Assembly (NCBI GenBank): GCA_965222155.1
Contig: CBDCTH010000012.1
Coordinates: 1,184,001 to 1,248,000, forward strand
Direction of reading: 5' to 3'
Source of the DNA: Gammaproteobacteria bacterium
GTDB lineage: Bacteria > Pseudomonadota > Gammaproteobacteria > Eutrophobiales > Eutrophobiaceae
Length of the DNA: 64,000 nt
Shown here one piece after another: positions 11,256 to 20,658 of the stretch (its first letter is position 1; each line of letters begins with the position of its first letter). The notes under the pieces are model-generated. The model worked only from the letters and a program-made list of their open reading frames with translations, had not been told where the DNA came from and did no database searches. The translations under genes were made by a program, and so were the position numbers.

Positions 11256-11274
11256 AATAAGGATAGTTTTTCTA

Positions 11275-11302
11275 CTGGTTTCCGGCATTCACCGGAATGA
11301 CG
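11275..11302. repeat. Family A REP-like palindrome
   Basis: CTGGTTTCCGGCATTCACCGGAATGACG between divergent genes. Confidence 0.75.
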
Positions 11303-11386
11303 ATTCCTCATCCATCAATATAGGGAAAATTTATCATATCATGTTGTCTGTTTCGTCCCCGCATTAAATCCCTTACACTGCGTGAT

Positions 11387-11875
11387 ATGGCAATTACACG
11401 CAGAGAGTTTGTTCAGTTAAATGTAACTCTGGCGCTCGCATCTTTATGCGGGCGTGCCGGCGCCGGTGAAACCGATGCCCGGAGGTTGAATAGTGATAAA
11501 CAGGCATTGTCCGAGATCATCTATCAGTTATTCCCCCATCTCCGCCTGGACAAGGGCGTATATGGACAGGTTACGCAGCAGGTCAGTGACAGGGTCGCTC
11601 AGTCTGCTGAGTTGACGAACATGATGAAAAACGCAATGGAGAGCCTGTCCGGGAATGCCCATGAAAACGGGACCGCATTGCCGGACCGGGAGAAAATGGA
11701 ACTGCTTGAAAAAATACAACACACGCCTTTCTTTCAATTCGTATTGAATGAAGCCCTGAGCGGGGTCTACCGGCACCCTCTTACCTGGGAGCTACTGGGT
11801 TTTGAGGGTTCCTCTCTTGAGTTCGGCGGCTACATCAACAGGGGGTTTAACGATATTGACTGGCTGCCTGAATAA
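11387..11875 (+). CDS. Tat-exported small subunit (gluconate 2-dehydrogenase subunit 3-like) of a GMC dehydrogenase
   Basis: TRREFV twin-arginine signal; C-terminal WELLGFEGSSLEFGGYINRGFNDIDWL; directly upstream of GMC gene. Confidence 0.75.
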   Translation: MAITRREFVQLNVTLALASLCGRAGAGETDARRLNSDKQALSEIIYQLFPHLRLDKGVYGQVTQQVSDRVAQSAELTNMMKNAMESLSGNAHENGTALPDREKMELLEKIQHTPFFQFVLNEALSGVYRHPLTWELLGFEGSSLEFGGYINRGFNDIDWLPE

Positions 11876-11887
11876 TCTGCGGGTTGT

Positions 11888-13444
11888 ATGACGAAATTCG
11901 CCCTGAATGATCCTTCGGTAGTCGTGGTTATCGGCTCAGGCGCGGGCGGCGGAACGCTGTCCGACGTGCTCTCAAATAACGGTATTAACGTTGTTTGCCT
12001 TGAAGCGGGCAAACGGCTAGACCCTGCGGAAATTGTCACCAACGAAGCCGAGATGTTCGGCAAAATCACCTGGCTGGACGAGAGGCAGGGCAGTGGCATC
12101 GCTCCCCCTCCCTTTCCTGTCTGGAACTGTAAAACGGTGGGCGGCACGACCCTGCACTGGACCGCGACCTGCGTACGATTATCGGAGCACGAATTCAAGG
12201 CGAACACCCATTACGGTGAGACAAAAGGGACGACACTGGCAGACTGGCCTGTCACGCTGGCTGAGCTTGAACCCTTTTATTCCACTGCGGAGGATCGGTT
12301 AGGCGTGACCGGGACAAACGGTATTGAACGGCTGCCGGGCAACAATAATTACCTGGTAATGGAAGCCGGGGCAAAAAAGTGTGGTTATGAAGAAGTCAAT
12401 ACCGGCAACCTGGCTATTAATTCAAACCCGCGCAACGGCAGGGGCAGTTGCCTGCAACTGGGATTTTGTACCAGCGGCTGTGCGGTCGGCGCCAAGTGGT
12501 CAGGCTTGTACACGGATATCCCTGCAGCGGAACGAAGCGACCACTTCGAATTAAGAACCGAGTCGATGGCTGTACAGGTCAACCATAATAATATGGGCAA
12601 AGTGACTGGTGTTGACTACCTGTATAAAAACGGTAACAGGCATACCCAGTCGGCCCGGGCAGTCTGTATCGCCGGCAATGTCGTTGAAACGACCAGGCTG
12701 TTATTACACTCCAAATCTGAACAATTTCCTGACGGACTGGCCAACCACAGTGGCCAGGTAGGTAAGAATTATATGCGGCACGTCATGGCCGGGGTTGTGG
12801 GGATAATGCCCGGGCAAGTCAACCTGCATCGCGGCGCCCACCAGGCGGGAATAATCTATGACGAGCGCTACCATAGCGATCAACGCGGGTTTTTTGGCGG
12901 GCTGTTGCTGGAGACCGTGAATTTTACACCGGAGTCCATGGCCCGGTTTTTGCGGCCGGGCGCCTGGGGTAGGACCTATACAGAATTGCTTGAGAAATAC
13001 GATCGGATGGCGGCCCTGCTGATCGTCGGTGAAGACCCGCCGGTGAGTACAAATTCAATCAGCCTTGACCCTGGACGAAATGATCAATACGGCCTGCCTG
13101 TCCCGGTCGTCCATTATGAACATCATGACAACTCGAAGAAGATGTTGCGCTACGGGCTTGAACGGGGACGGAGAATATATGAAGCGCTAGGGGCAGAACA
13201 GGTGATAGAAATGGTGGATGTGTTCCCGGCCACTCACAATATGGGCACTGCACGCATGGGAAACGACCCGGCCACGAGCGTCTGCAACGGTTGGGGACAG
13301 ACCCACGATCTCGACAACCTGTTCATCAGCGACGGCAGCTTATTCCCCTCTTCAGGCTGCGCCAACCCGACCCTGACTATTATTGCGCTGGCATTGCGCC
13401 AGGCGGACTATCTGACCTCGCGGATACGGTCAAATTCCCTTTGA
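11888..13444 (+). CDS. GMC family oxidoreductase (FAD)
   Basis: VIGSGAGGG, VGGTTLHW, CLQLGFCTSGC, HNMGTARMG, ANPTLTIIALALR. Confidence 0.92.
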   Translation: MTKFALNDPSVVVVIGSGAGGGTLSDVLSNNGINVVCLEAGKRLDPAEIVTNEAEMFGKITWLDERQGSGIAPPPFPVWNCKTVGGTTLHWTATCVRLSEHEFKANTHYGETKGTTLADWPVTLAELEPFYSTAEDRLGVTGTNGIERLPGNNNYLVMEAGAKKCGYEEVNTGNLAINSNPRNGRGSCLQLGFCTSGCAVGAKWSGLYTDIPAAERSDHFELRTESMAVQVNHNNMGKVTGVDYLYKNGNRHTQSARAVCIAGNVVETTRLLLHSKSEQFPDGLANHSGQVGKNYMRHVMAGVVGIMPGQVNLHRGAHQAGIIYDERYHSDQRGFFGGLLLETVNFTPESMARFLRPGAWGRTYTELLEKYDRMAALLIVGEDPPVSTNSISLDPGRNDQYGLPVPVVHYEHHDNSKKMLRYGLERGRRIYEALGAEQVIEMVDVFPATHNMGTARMGNDPATSVCNGWGQTHDLDNLFISDGSLFPSSGCANPTLTIIALALRQADYLTSRIRSNSL

Positions 13445-13507
13445 CTGCGCGCCTGACCTACCTGCCACCGTCGCCATTTCAGGTTTAACAGGCCTGACCC
13501 ATCGTCT

Positions 13508-13656
13508 ATTCCGGGCTTGACCGACACAACCCCCGTATCCATTCCGGGCTTGACCCGGAATCCAGTCTGTTATTGCGTCGCCCCCGGCAACTCGTTATTT
13601 CACTGGATTCCTGCCCCTGCTCAACAGCATACAGGGGTAAACTTTCGCAGGAATGG
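13508..13656. repeat. Inverted doublet of family A palindromes, the right arm interrupted by a CCCCTG...CAGGGG hairpin
   Basis: ATTCCGGGCTTGACCCGGAATCCAG (13541-13565) facing CTGGATTCCTGC[CCCTGCTCAACAGCATACAGGGGTAAAC]TTTCGCAGGAATG. Confidence 0.7.
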
Positions 13657-13676
13657 AATATTTGACCCCAAATATC

Positions 13677-14123
13677 TTATTCTTTTGCTCTCTGTTCCTG
13701 ACGTCGCCTTTCAACGTCTTCCAGCAAGCGCTCGCGTTCGCTGCCGACGGTATTTCCCCCGCGGTATTCCGTGCCGTCTTCCGTTACGATCAATTTCCAG
13801 TCCATCTTGGGACCACCGTCGCGCGCCGGGTTTCCGCTAATCTTGATCACGTCACCGGGTTTCAGGGAATCGTTGCTCCACCCCCTCCGACGCAAAATAG
13901 CCGACGCATTTCCCTCTGCGAACCAGTGCTGAACTTCTCCGTCAGCGGCCGTGACATCGAAATAGATACGGGCATGGGGATTGATCAGACGGAACTTTGT
14001 CACTACGCCGGTAACGGTTATCAGTTCATCGACCAGGTAGTGTGATTCCGGGCTGTGATGCGAGTATGCAGGCGTACAGAAAAGTAAGCCTGCAATCAAT
14101 GATACAGTCAAACGGGTGTTCAT
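13677..14123 (-). CDS. DUF6152-family exported protein
   Basis: Signal peptide followed by AYSHHS...F, TGVVTKFRLINPHARI, LKPGDVIKISGNPARDG pattern. Confidence 0.75.
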   Translation of the reverse strand: MNTRLTVSLIAGLLFCTPAYSHHSPESHYLVDELITVTGVVTKFRLINPHARIYFDVTAADGEVQHWFAEGNASAILRRRGWSNDSLKPGDVIKISGNPARDGGPKMDWKLIVTEDGTEYRGGNTVGSERERLLEDVERRRQEQRAKE

Positions 14124-14149
14124 TTTCAGATCCTCGTAATCAGGGTTCG

Positions 14150-14968
14150 TTAATACTCGCCGGTGATCGCCTCACACACGAATTCTTCCAGCTCCCAATC
14201 CGGCGCAGGTAAGAAACTTCTCTGGTTCTCATAGGGTTTACGAAAATTCACCGGGTCAATGATAGCCAGTTCCAAATCCAGTCTGCCGTTATCGGCATGA
14301 TAGGTATAGCGTTCAATGAAACGCGTGTCTTTATCGGGCGCCAGGGCGCCGCGTCCGGGGACGCCGATGACATTCGGAATAACATGGGTTGTCTCTACTA
14401 TCAGGGTGTCACCCTCGTAACGACCGATTGAATGGCCCAGCCGCGTATGAGGCGCATCGGCTGGATAAGCCCGTCCATCCAGGTATACCGTTCTGGTGGC
14501 ATTCCAGTATTCATAACGGAAGATGACCCTGTCATCGAACTGTTCTACCTGCATCGGGACGGGCGCCAGAATCTGGTGTCGCAAGCTGTCACCCTCGGGG
14601 GTACAATCCAGGGCAGCGTCCTGCGCCGGATCGTATTCAGCCTGTTTTTTCAGGCCGCCAGGGGTAAGCATGTCCTCATTCTGCTGTTTCTCATAGTCCT
14701 GCATCTCGTAGAACAGTTCTTTCACAGACCTGCCGTCGTTTCCGGGGTTCCCTAACAAGGTTTGCAGGTATTTGAATCCTGCCAGGGAACAGCCCGAGCG
14801 GGCACAGGCAAGATCCTCAATGCGCCAGTGTTCATCTTCCGGAGACAGTAGCGCATTGGTCCAGACACCCGCAATATCAGGCCGATTGTCTTCCCGGGCA
14901 TAGCCGTCTCCATAACAGACGATAACAAGTATAAGCACAGCAATAATGCTGATGTTTTTTCCGGACAT
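14150..14968 (-). CDS. Exported hypothetical protein of the type that accompanies DUF6152 genes
   Basis: Signal peptide; PDIAGVW, RTVYLDGR, GHSIGRYEGDTLIVET, C-terminal EFVCE. Confidence 0.7.
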   Translation of the reverse strand: MSGKNISIIAVLILVIVCYGDGYAREDNRPDIAGVWTNALLSPEDEHWRIEDLACARSGCSLAGFKYLQTLLGNPGNDGRSVKELFYEMQDYEKQQNEDMLTPGGLKKQAEYDPAQDAALDCTPEGDSLRHQILAPVPMQVEQFDDRVIFRYEYWNATRTVYLDGRAYPADAPHTRLGHSIGRYEGDTLIVETTHVIPNVIGVPGRGALAPDKDTRFIERYTYHADNGRLDLELAIIDPVNFRKPYENQRSFLPAPDWELEEFVCEAITGEY

Positions 14969-15168
14969 CTTCGTGTTATCCAGTAGCCTCAATAAGTTAC
15001 AGAGTATATATGAAAAAGGCCGAGAGCCACAGTCAGTCCGCTTACCGGATCAGCGATAACGCGGCCGCCGCTGCCTTGCAACAGGCGCGCCGGCAACTCT
15101 TTACCAGCATTTATGAACAGGAGCAGAAACAGGCTTGAGATCGAGTCAGAATCACTCTCTCTTCAGGC

Positions 15169-15411
15169 TCAGTCCGAATTGGAAAACACTCTGACTCCAT
15201 ACCTTGAAGTGCTGATGGCGTTCAGTATATCCTGAGTTGTTGCCTTGGTATTGATGCCCTCAACGTCAAAAGGGGATTTTGTTTTTGTCTGCTTAGTTGT
15301 GACAGAAAAAACAGAGCCATCTTTCCTGCGGATTTCCACTTCTTCCCTTTGAGCAATCCTTAATAGACCGGAAAGATTTTGGCGGGCTTCCGAATAAGTA
15401 AATACTTTCAT
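15169..15411 (-). CDS. Phd/YefM-family antitoxin
   Basis: MKVFTYSEARQNLSGLLRIAQREEVEIRRKDG N-terminus. Confidence 0.85.
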   Translation of the reverse strand: MKVFTYSEARQNLSGLLRIAQREEVEIRRKDGSVFSVTTKQTKTKSPFDVEGINTKATTQDILNAISTSRYGVRVFSNSD

Positions 15412-15417
15412 TTTGTA

Positions 15418-15660
15418 TTACTCCAGCACAGGTATATTGAGTACCCTGGCGACTCGTTGAAGACGTTTATCCAGAGTAATCAGCGGACATAACAAAGATT
15501 TTGCACACTGTAGAAAGTAGGCGTCATAGGCATAGATATTAAATTTAAATGCCAACTGAAGCGCAATTTGGACATCCACCTCCGCGAGTCTTACCGGTAT
15601 TCGACAGGCAATGTCAAAGGCTGATAATGCTTCATTACTTGTCAGTTTTTTCGTTTAACC
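15418..15660 (-). pseudogene. 3' remnant of a PIN (VapC-like) toxin gene
   Basis: Manual translation gives ...ALQLAFKFNIYAYDAYFLQCAKSLLCPLITLDKRLQRVARVLNIPVLE*; 5' half missing; not in ORF track. Confidence 0.8.
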
Positions 15661-15705
15661 AGGGCAGCCACATAATGCCGGAGTATTATCTGTGTTCAAA
15701 GTCAA

Positions 15706-15889
15706 GTAACTTCTCAATAACCTCATGCATAAGGCATCTTGCGTGCCCCGCGAGCTGAAGGCGCCGGGTTATTCAGAAATGACGGCGCTACCATTTATCA
15801 TTTATTTCCCGGAACGAGGGCAGCTTGCCCTCGTCGAGGGCGGGACGCCCTCGCTCCCAGGAACGTGCGCGGGGTGATTGAGAAGTTAC
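15706..15889. repeat. ~185-bp inverted-repeat-bounded element containing a partial family B core
   Basis: GTAACTTCTCAATAACC (15706) versus GGTGATTGAGAAGTTAC (to 15889); third end copy at ~16975-16993; internal GAGGGCAGCTTGCCCTC. Confidence 0.55.
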
Positions 15890-15997
15890 GTCCTAGGCTG
15901 GCAAGGAACGAGAGATTTATGGCAGAATTATTGGCTTTCAAAATCCTGCCTGATGGGCTATAGTTCTATGTATAAATAGAAACAGGGGAACAGGGAT

Positions 15998-16483
15998 ATG
16001 AGTAATACTATTGAGTTCATTGGCGTGGTACTCAGCATCATCATAGCGAGCCTGATGCTGAACAATTCAATTCAAGCACGCATGGATGATCTGGGAGGCG
16101 ATATCGATAGCATCCGAACAGATATGGATGTTTTCCGGTCAGAGATACGCGATGATATGAACGTCTTCCAGTCCGGCATACGCGATGATATGAATATCTT
16201 CCAGTCTGGCATACGCGCTGATATGGATGTTTTCCGGTCAGAGATACGCGATGATATGAAGATCTTCCAATCTGGCATACACGATGATATGAACATCTTT
16301 CAGTCTGGCATACGCGCTGATATGAATATCTTCCAGTCTGGCATACGCGCTGATATGAATGTAATCCGGTCAGATATCAAGGAATTACAAGGTCGGACGT
16401 CGAGCATAGAGGGCAAGCTGGAACTGTTGATTGACGCCTGGGATATAGCGCAACCTTCCCCTCCGGCAATAGCGAAACAGTAA
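15998..16483 (+). CDS. Membrane-anchored coiled-coil protein with 11-aa tandem repeats
   Basis: N-terminal hydrophobic helix; eight DMx(V/I)F(Q/R)S(G/E)IR(D/A)-type units encoded by 33-bp repeats at 16121-16384. Confidence 0.75.
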   Translation: MSNTIEFIGVVLSIIIASLMLNNSIQARMDDLGGDIDSIRTDMDVFRSEIRDDMNVFQSGIRDDMNIFQSGIRADMDVFRSEIRDDMKIFQSGIHDDMNIFQSGIRADMNIFQSGIRADMNVIRSDIKELQGRTSSIEGKLELLIDAWDIAQPSPPAIAKQ

Positions 16484-16556
16484 GCAGGCAACAGGCTGAT
16501 TTGAATACAACCAATTTTCAAAATACTCCAGCGCCGCCAGCGGGCACGGATATTCA

Positions 16557-16628
16557 GGGTCAGAGTAAAAATACTCAATAACAAGCCACTACCACTTGCC
16601 AAACTGACTGTGTTTTTACTCTGACCCC
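16557..16628. repeat. Family C hairpin element, copy 2
   Basis: Near-identical to 9079-9150; followed by GGGGACGGATTTGAAATCCGTCCCC palindrome at ~16669-16693. Confidence 0.85.
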
Positions 16629-17023
16629 AAATATCCATGCTCATCGTCGCAGGCGCCCGTACTGCATAAGGGGACGGATTTGAAATCCGTCCCCGGGGAG
16701 ATGGAAGGCGCACATCACAAATCCGGCGCGCTCATTGCGCCCATCCCCCTGCTCAACTCCATACAGAGCTTGCCCCTGCGGTTGTAAGCAGGGGGGCAGG
16801 CTCTGGGCGCAACCCTACGGGCGGCCTGCGGCCGTGCATAAATTTGTCTGGAGCTGTTGAACAGCGCGAGACTGGCCCCGGAGGGGCAAAGTACAGGATG
16901 TACTTTGTAAATCGGCTATCCTGCCGATTTATCATCGCAGCACCTGGCGAGAAATCCGGGCCAGGAACATGCGCGGGGTTATTGAGAAGTTACAAAGTCA
17001 AGCATTTTTTATGTTGCTGCCTC

Positions 17024-17105
17024 CGTCATCATACCGGGCTTGACCCGGTATCCAGTGGATACCGGCATTCGCCAGAATGGCGACGGGGGCATACGCCGGA
17101 GATGA
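17024..17105. repeat. Cluster of family A-type palindromes
   Basis: CATACCGGGCTTGACCCGGTATCCAG-TGGATACCGGCATTCGCCAGAATG. Confidence 0.65.
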
Positions 17106-17158
17106 ATGAGAGGCGAAAGCGCACAGCGTTTGCTACGCTTCCCGGAATTCGGGAGCCG

Positions 17159-20100
17159 TCAAACAATAAAGTCCGTCGCATCCAGGCTGGCCATAGCAAA
17201 GTCCGCCAGCAGAACCGTGCCACCGCCACTGTCGGTGAGGTCAAGCGCCACACCGTCTGTTGTGGTCGTGGTGGTGAGGTCGTCAATGCCCGCCAGCCCG
17301 AAGGCCGTCAGGTCAATGCGGTCTTCGCCGTCGGTGAAGTCCGTCACGGTGTCCTGCCCCTCCCCGGGGGCCACCACGAACACGTCGGCGCCCGGGCCAC
17401 CCACCAACCGGTCGTCTCCCGCAGCGCCGGCGAGGCGATCCCTCCCCTGCCCGCCGTAGAGCCGGTCGTCGCCCGGCCCACCGTCCAGCCGGTCATCACC
17501 GCCGCCCGGCCCGCCGTACAGGGTGTCGTGGCCGGCGCCACCGTCGATGCTGTTATCCCGGCGGTCCCCAGCCAGCACGTCGTGGTGGGCAGAGCCGCTC
17601 AGGTTCTCGACATCGGGCAGGGATTCGGTCTGCGCAACACCGTCACTATCGGTCCAAGCGACGTCAACCCGGTAAGGGAAGGTATCACCGGTCGCATCGC
17701 CGCCCGTGGCCGAGAGATTGTGCAGGCGCACCGTGACACCGGTGGGGGAATGTGTATAGGAAGCCGTGTCATGCCCGCTGTTGCCAACCAGGCGGTCCGC
17801 GCCCGGCCCACCGATTAATAGATCATCGCCGGCGCTGCCCCAGAGGAGATCATTGCCGGCACGTCCCTCCAGACGATTGGCGGCCGCGTTGCCAGCGATT
17901 ATGTCGTTACCGGACCCGGCGATGAAGTGTTCGATTACAGTCCCTCGGGCGATGACCAGATTGCCGTCCAGGCCGTAGACGTCTGATATACCTTCCGGAC
18001 GTAAGTCGACTCGCTGGTCATATGTATCCGTGCGCAGGTCGAGTGTGTCGCTGCCGCCGTTGTCTAAAGGGTCAGTAGGACCGGTTCGCTAAGAGAATGT
18101 GGGATGAAACTCGCCTCGGTGCGAGTGCCGGTGTTCTCGTAGTAGTACAGATGGCCTTCCCTCTCACCCAGGATCAGGTCCAGGTCGCCGTCCCTGTCCA
18201 GGTCGGCAAAAACAGGAGCACTGGCATAATCCACATCGATGCCATCCAAGGGATTGGCGGCACCGGTGCGCTCTGTGAAGTTCGGCTGACTGCGTGTACC
18301 GGTGTTCTCGTAGTAGTGCAGGGCGCCGTACCACTCACCCACGACCAGGTCCAGGTCGCCATCGTTGTCCAGGTCGGCAAAGGTTGGGGCGCTGTTATAG
18401 TCCACCTCGATACCATCCAGGGGATTGGCAGCGCCGGTACGCTCTGTGAAGCCCGGCTGACTGCGGCTGCCGGTGTTCTCGTAGTAGTGCAGGATGCCTT
18501 CATACTCACCCACGACCAGGTCCAGGTCGCCGTCGTTGTCTAAGTCAGCAAAAGAAGGAACACTATGTGAGTACCACTCGACATTCTCTAGGGGATTCGC
18601 AGTGTCGCTACGCTCCCTGAAGTCCGGCTGACTGCGGCTGCCGGTGTCCTCGTAGTAGTACAGGGCGCCGTCACTCTCGCCCGCGACCAGGTCCAGGTCG
18701 CCGTCGTTGTCCAGGTCGGCAAAGGTTGGCGCGCTGAAATTACCCACATCGATGTCAACGAAGGGATTTAACTCACCGGTCCAGCGTGCAAAGAGCAGAC
18801 CAGGGTAGCCCCCCACATTGCTATTGACGCCATACACGGTGTCGCCGGGGTTGATATCGTTGGGCGCGCCATACAGATTCTGAATGGCGATGATGTCCGC
18901 AAGCATTGGCGTGGCGGGTAAAGCATAGCTGGCATCGATGTAGGTGTTCTCTGTCTGGCCGAAGTAGGACATCACTGTCGCTTGGTAAGAGTCGTTCAGG
19001 AATTTGGCATGGCCACCGTAGGTAAAAATTTCTTCACTACCGTAACTATTGTAAGGTCCCGGGTGCCCGAGCCCCAACGCATGGCCGATTTCGTGGATGT
19101 AGGTGGAAAAGGTATAGCTGTCAATCGTAGCATGGGCGGGGAGGCTGCCTTTCCAGACGTTGACGAATGAGGACTCAATTTCATCGTTCCATGTATTCCA
19201 GTAGGCATAGGCTCCAGTACCTTCACTATCCTCATCGTCGAAGGTTATGTGTGCGTCGCCATCCACGAACTCGAAACCGATGCCGGCGACGGAGGTCCAT
19301 GCCTCAAGCGCCCAACGGGCGAGTTGCTGACCCACAGAGGTCAGAGCAGTTATGTTGGCAGTCAATATGGCGTTGGGACCGACGTCGAAGGCGCGACGGG
19401 ACCCCCCATCCCACTCCGAGTAGCCATCCGTCAGATAATCAGCAATCTCGTCATAGGTGCCCTCGGGGGTCGTGTTCTCAACGACTGAAACTTCGTAGTC
19501 CAACACGTCGGCATCGTCATCCCCACCTTCTACCTTGAGGTAATAAGTACCGGTAGCCGACACCCGATGAATATCAATCACAGCATCAGAACCGTAACTG
19601 GAAACCGTGGACAAGATGTTGTCCCCGCTCGAGTCCAAGAGTGAAAGATGGAGCCGGGTGTCCTTGTCCGCCGCGATGCTTGCAATACTGAACTTGTAAA
19701 TCATCCCGGCGGTCAGCTCGACCCGAATCCAATCCTCATTTAGGGAATATGGGGTGAAATCCACATTGGTGCGGCTGCCAGTGTTCTCGTAGTAGTTCAG
19801 GACGCCGTCCTCCTCACCCATGACCAGGTCCAGGTCGCCGTCATTGTCCAGGTCGGCAAAGGTTGGCACGTTACTATAACCCACATAAATACCATCCAGT
19901 GGGTTGGCAGCGCCGGTGCGCTCTGTGAAGACCGGCTGACTGTCGGTGCCAGTGTTCTCGTAGTAGTTCAGGGTGCCGTAATACTCACCCACGACCAGGT
20001 CCAGGTCGCCGTCGTCATCCAGGTCGGCAAAGGTTGGGGCGCTCTCATCATTCACATCAATATCACCCACATCGATACCATCCAGTGGGTTGTCAGCGCC

Positions 20101-20550
20101 GGTGCGCTCTGTGAAGCCCGGCTGATTGCGGCTGCCGGTGTTCTCGTAGTAGTTCAGAGTGCCTTCATGCTCACCCACGACCAGGTCCAGGTCGCCGTCG
20201 TTGTCTAAGTCAGCAAAAGAATGAACACTAGGCGAGGACCAGTGGAGGCCCGCTAGAGGATTGGCAGCGCCGGTGCGCTCTGTGAAGGCCGGCTGACTGC
20301 CGGTGCCGGTGTTCTCGTAGTAGTGCAGGATACCTTCATACTCACCCACGACCAGGTCCAGGTCGCCGTCGTTATCCAGGTCGGCAAAGGTTGGGGTGCT
20401 GTATTTATCTACTTCGATACCAACGAAGGGATTTTCCTCATCGTCAGTGGTATTGTTGAGCGTACCCCGGAAGACATCACCGATGGACATCGTGTATTGG
20501 GTATTGACACCAGCAACCGCATCGCCGTTGTCTTCTTTCAGAATGGCCAT
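17159..20550 (-). pseudogene. Serralysin-like M10 metalloprotease with two FG-GAP/VCBS blocks and C-terminal RTX Ca-binding repeats; 1-nt frameshift at ~18064
   Basis: HEIGHALGLGH, VMSY Met-turn, 8x FADLDxDGDLDL, GGxGxD repeats; CTT TAG ACA ACG becomes L-Y-D-N-G with one added base and then reads in frame into ORF 17159-17731. Confidence 0.88.
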
Positions 20551-20658
20551 GTTGATCTTCTCGTTGTCATCGTATTAGCGCGCATAGATGCAAGTCACTG
20601 TTTATCATATCTGAACTGGATTTAAATATCCCTTTAAGAGCCACCGGTAAATTTCGGG

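Noticed and set aside
16121-16384. 33-bp repeats as a CRISPR or non-coding array
   Set aside because: Contiguous, in-frame coding repeats without spacers
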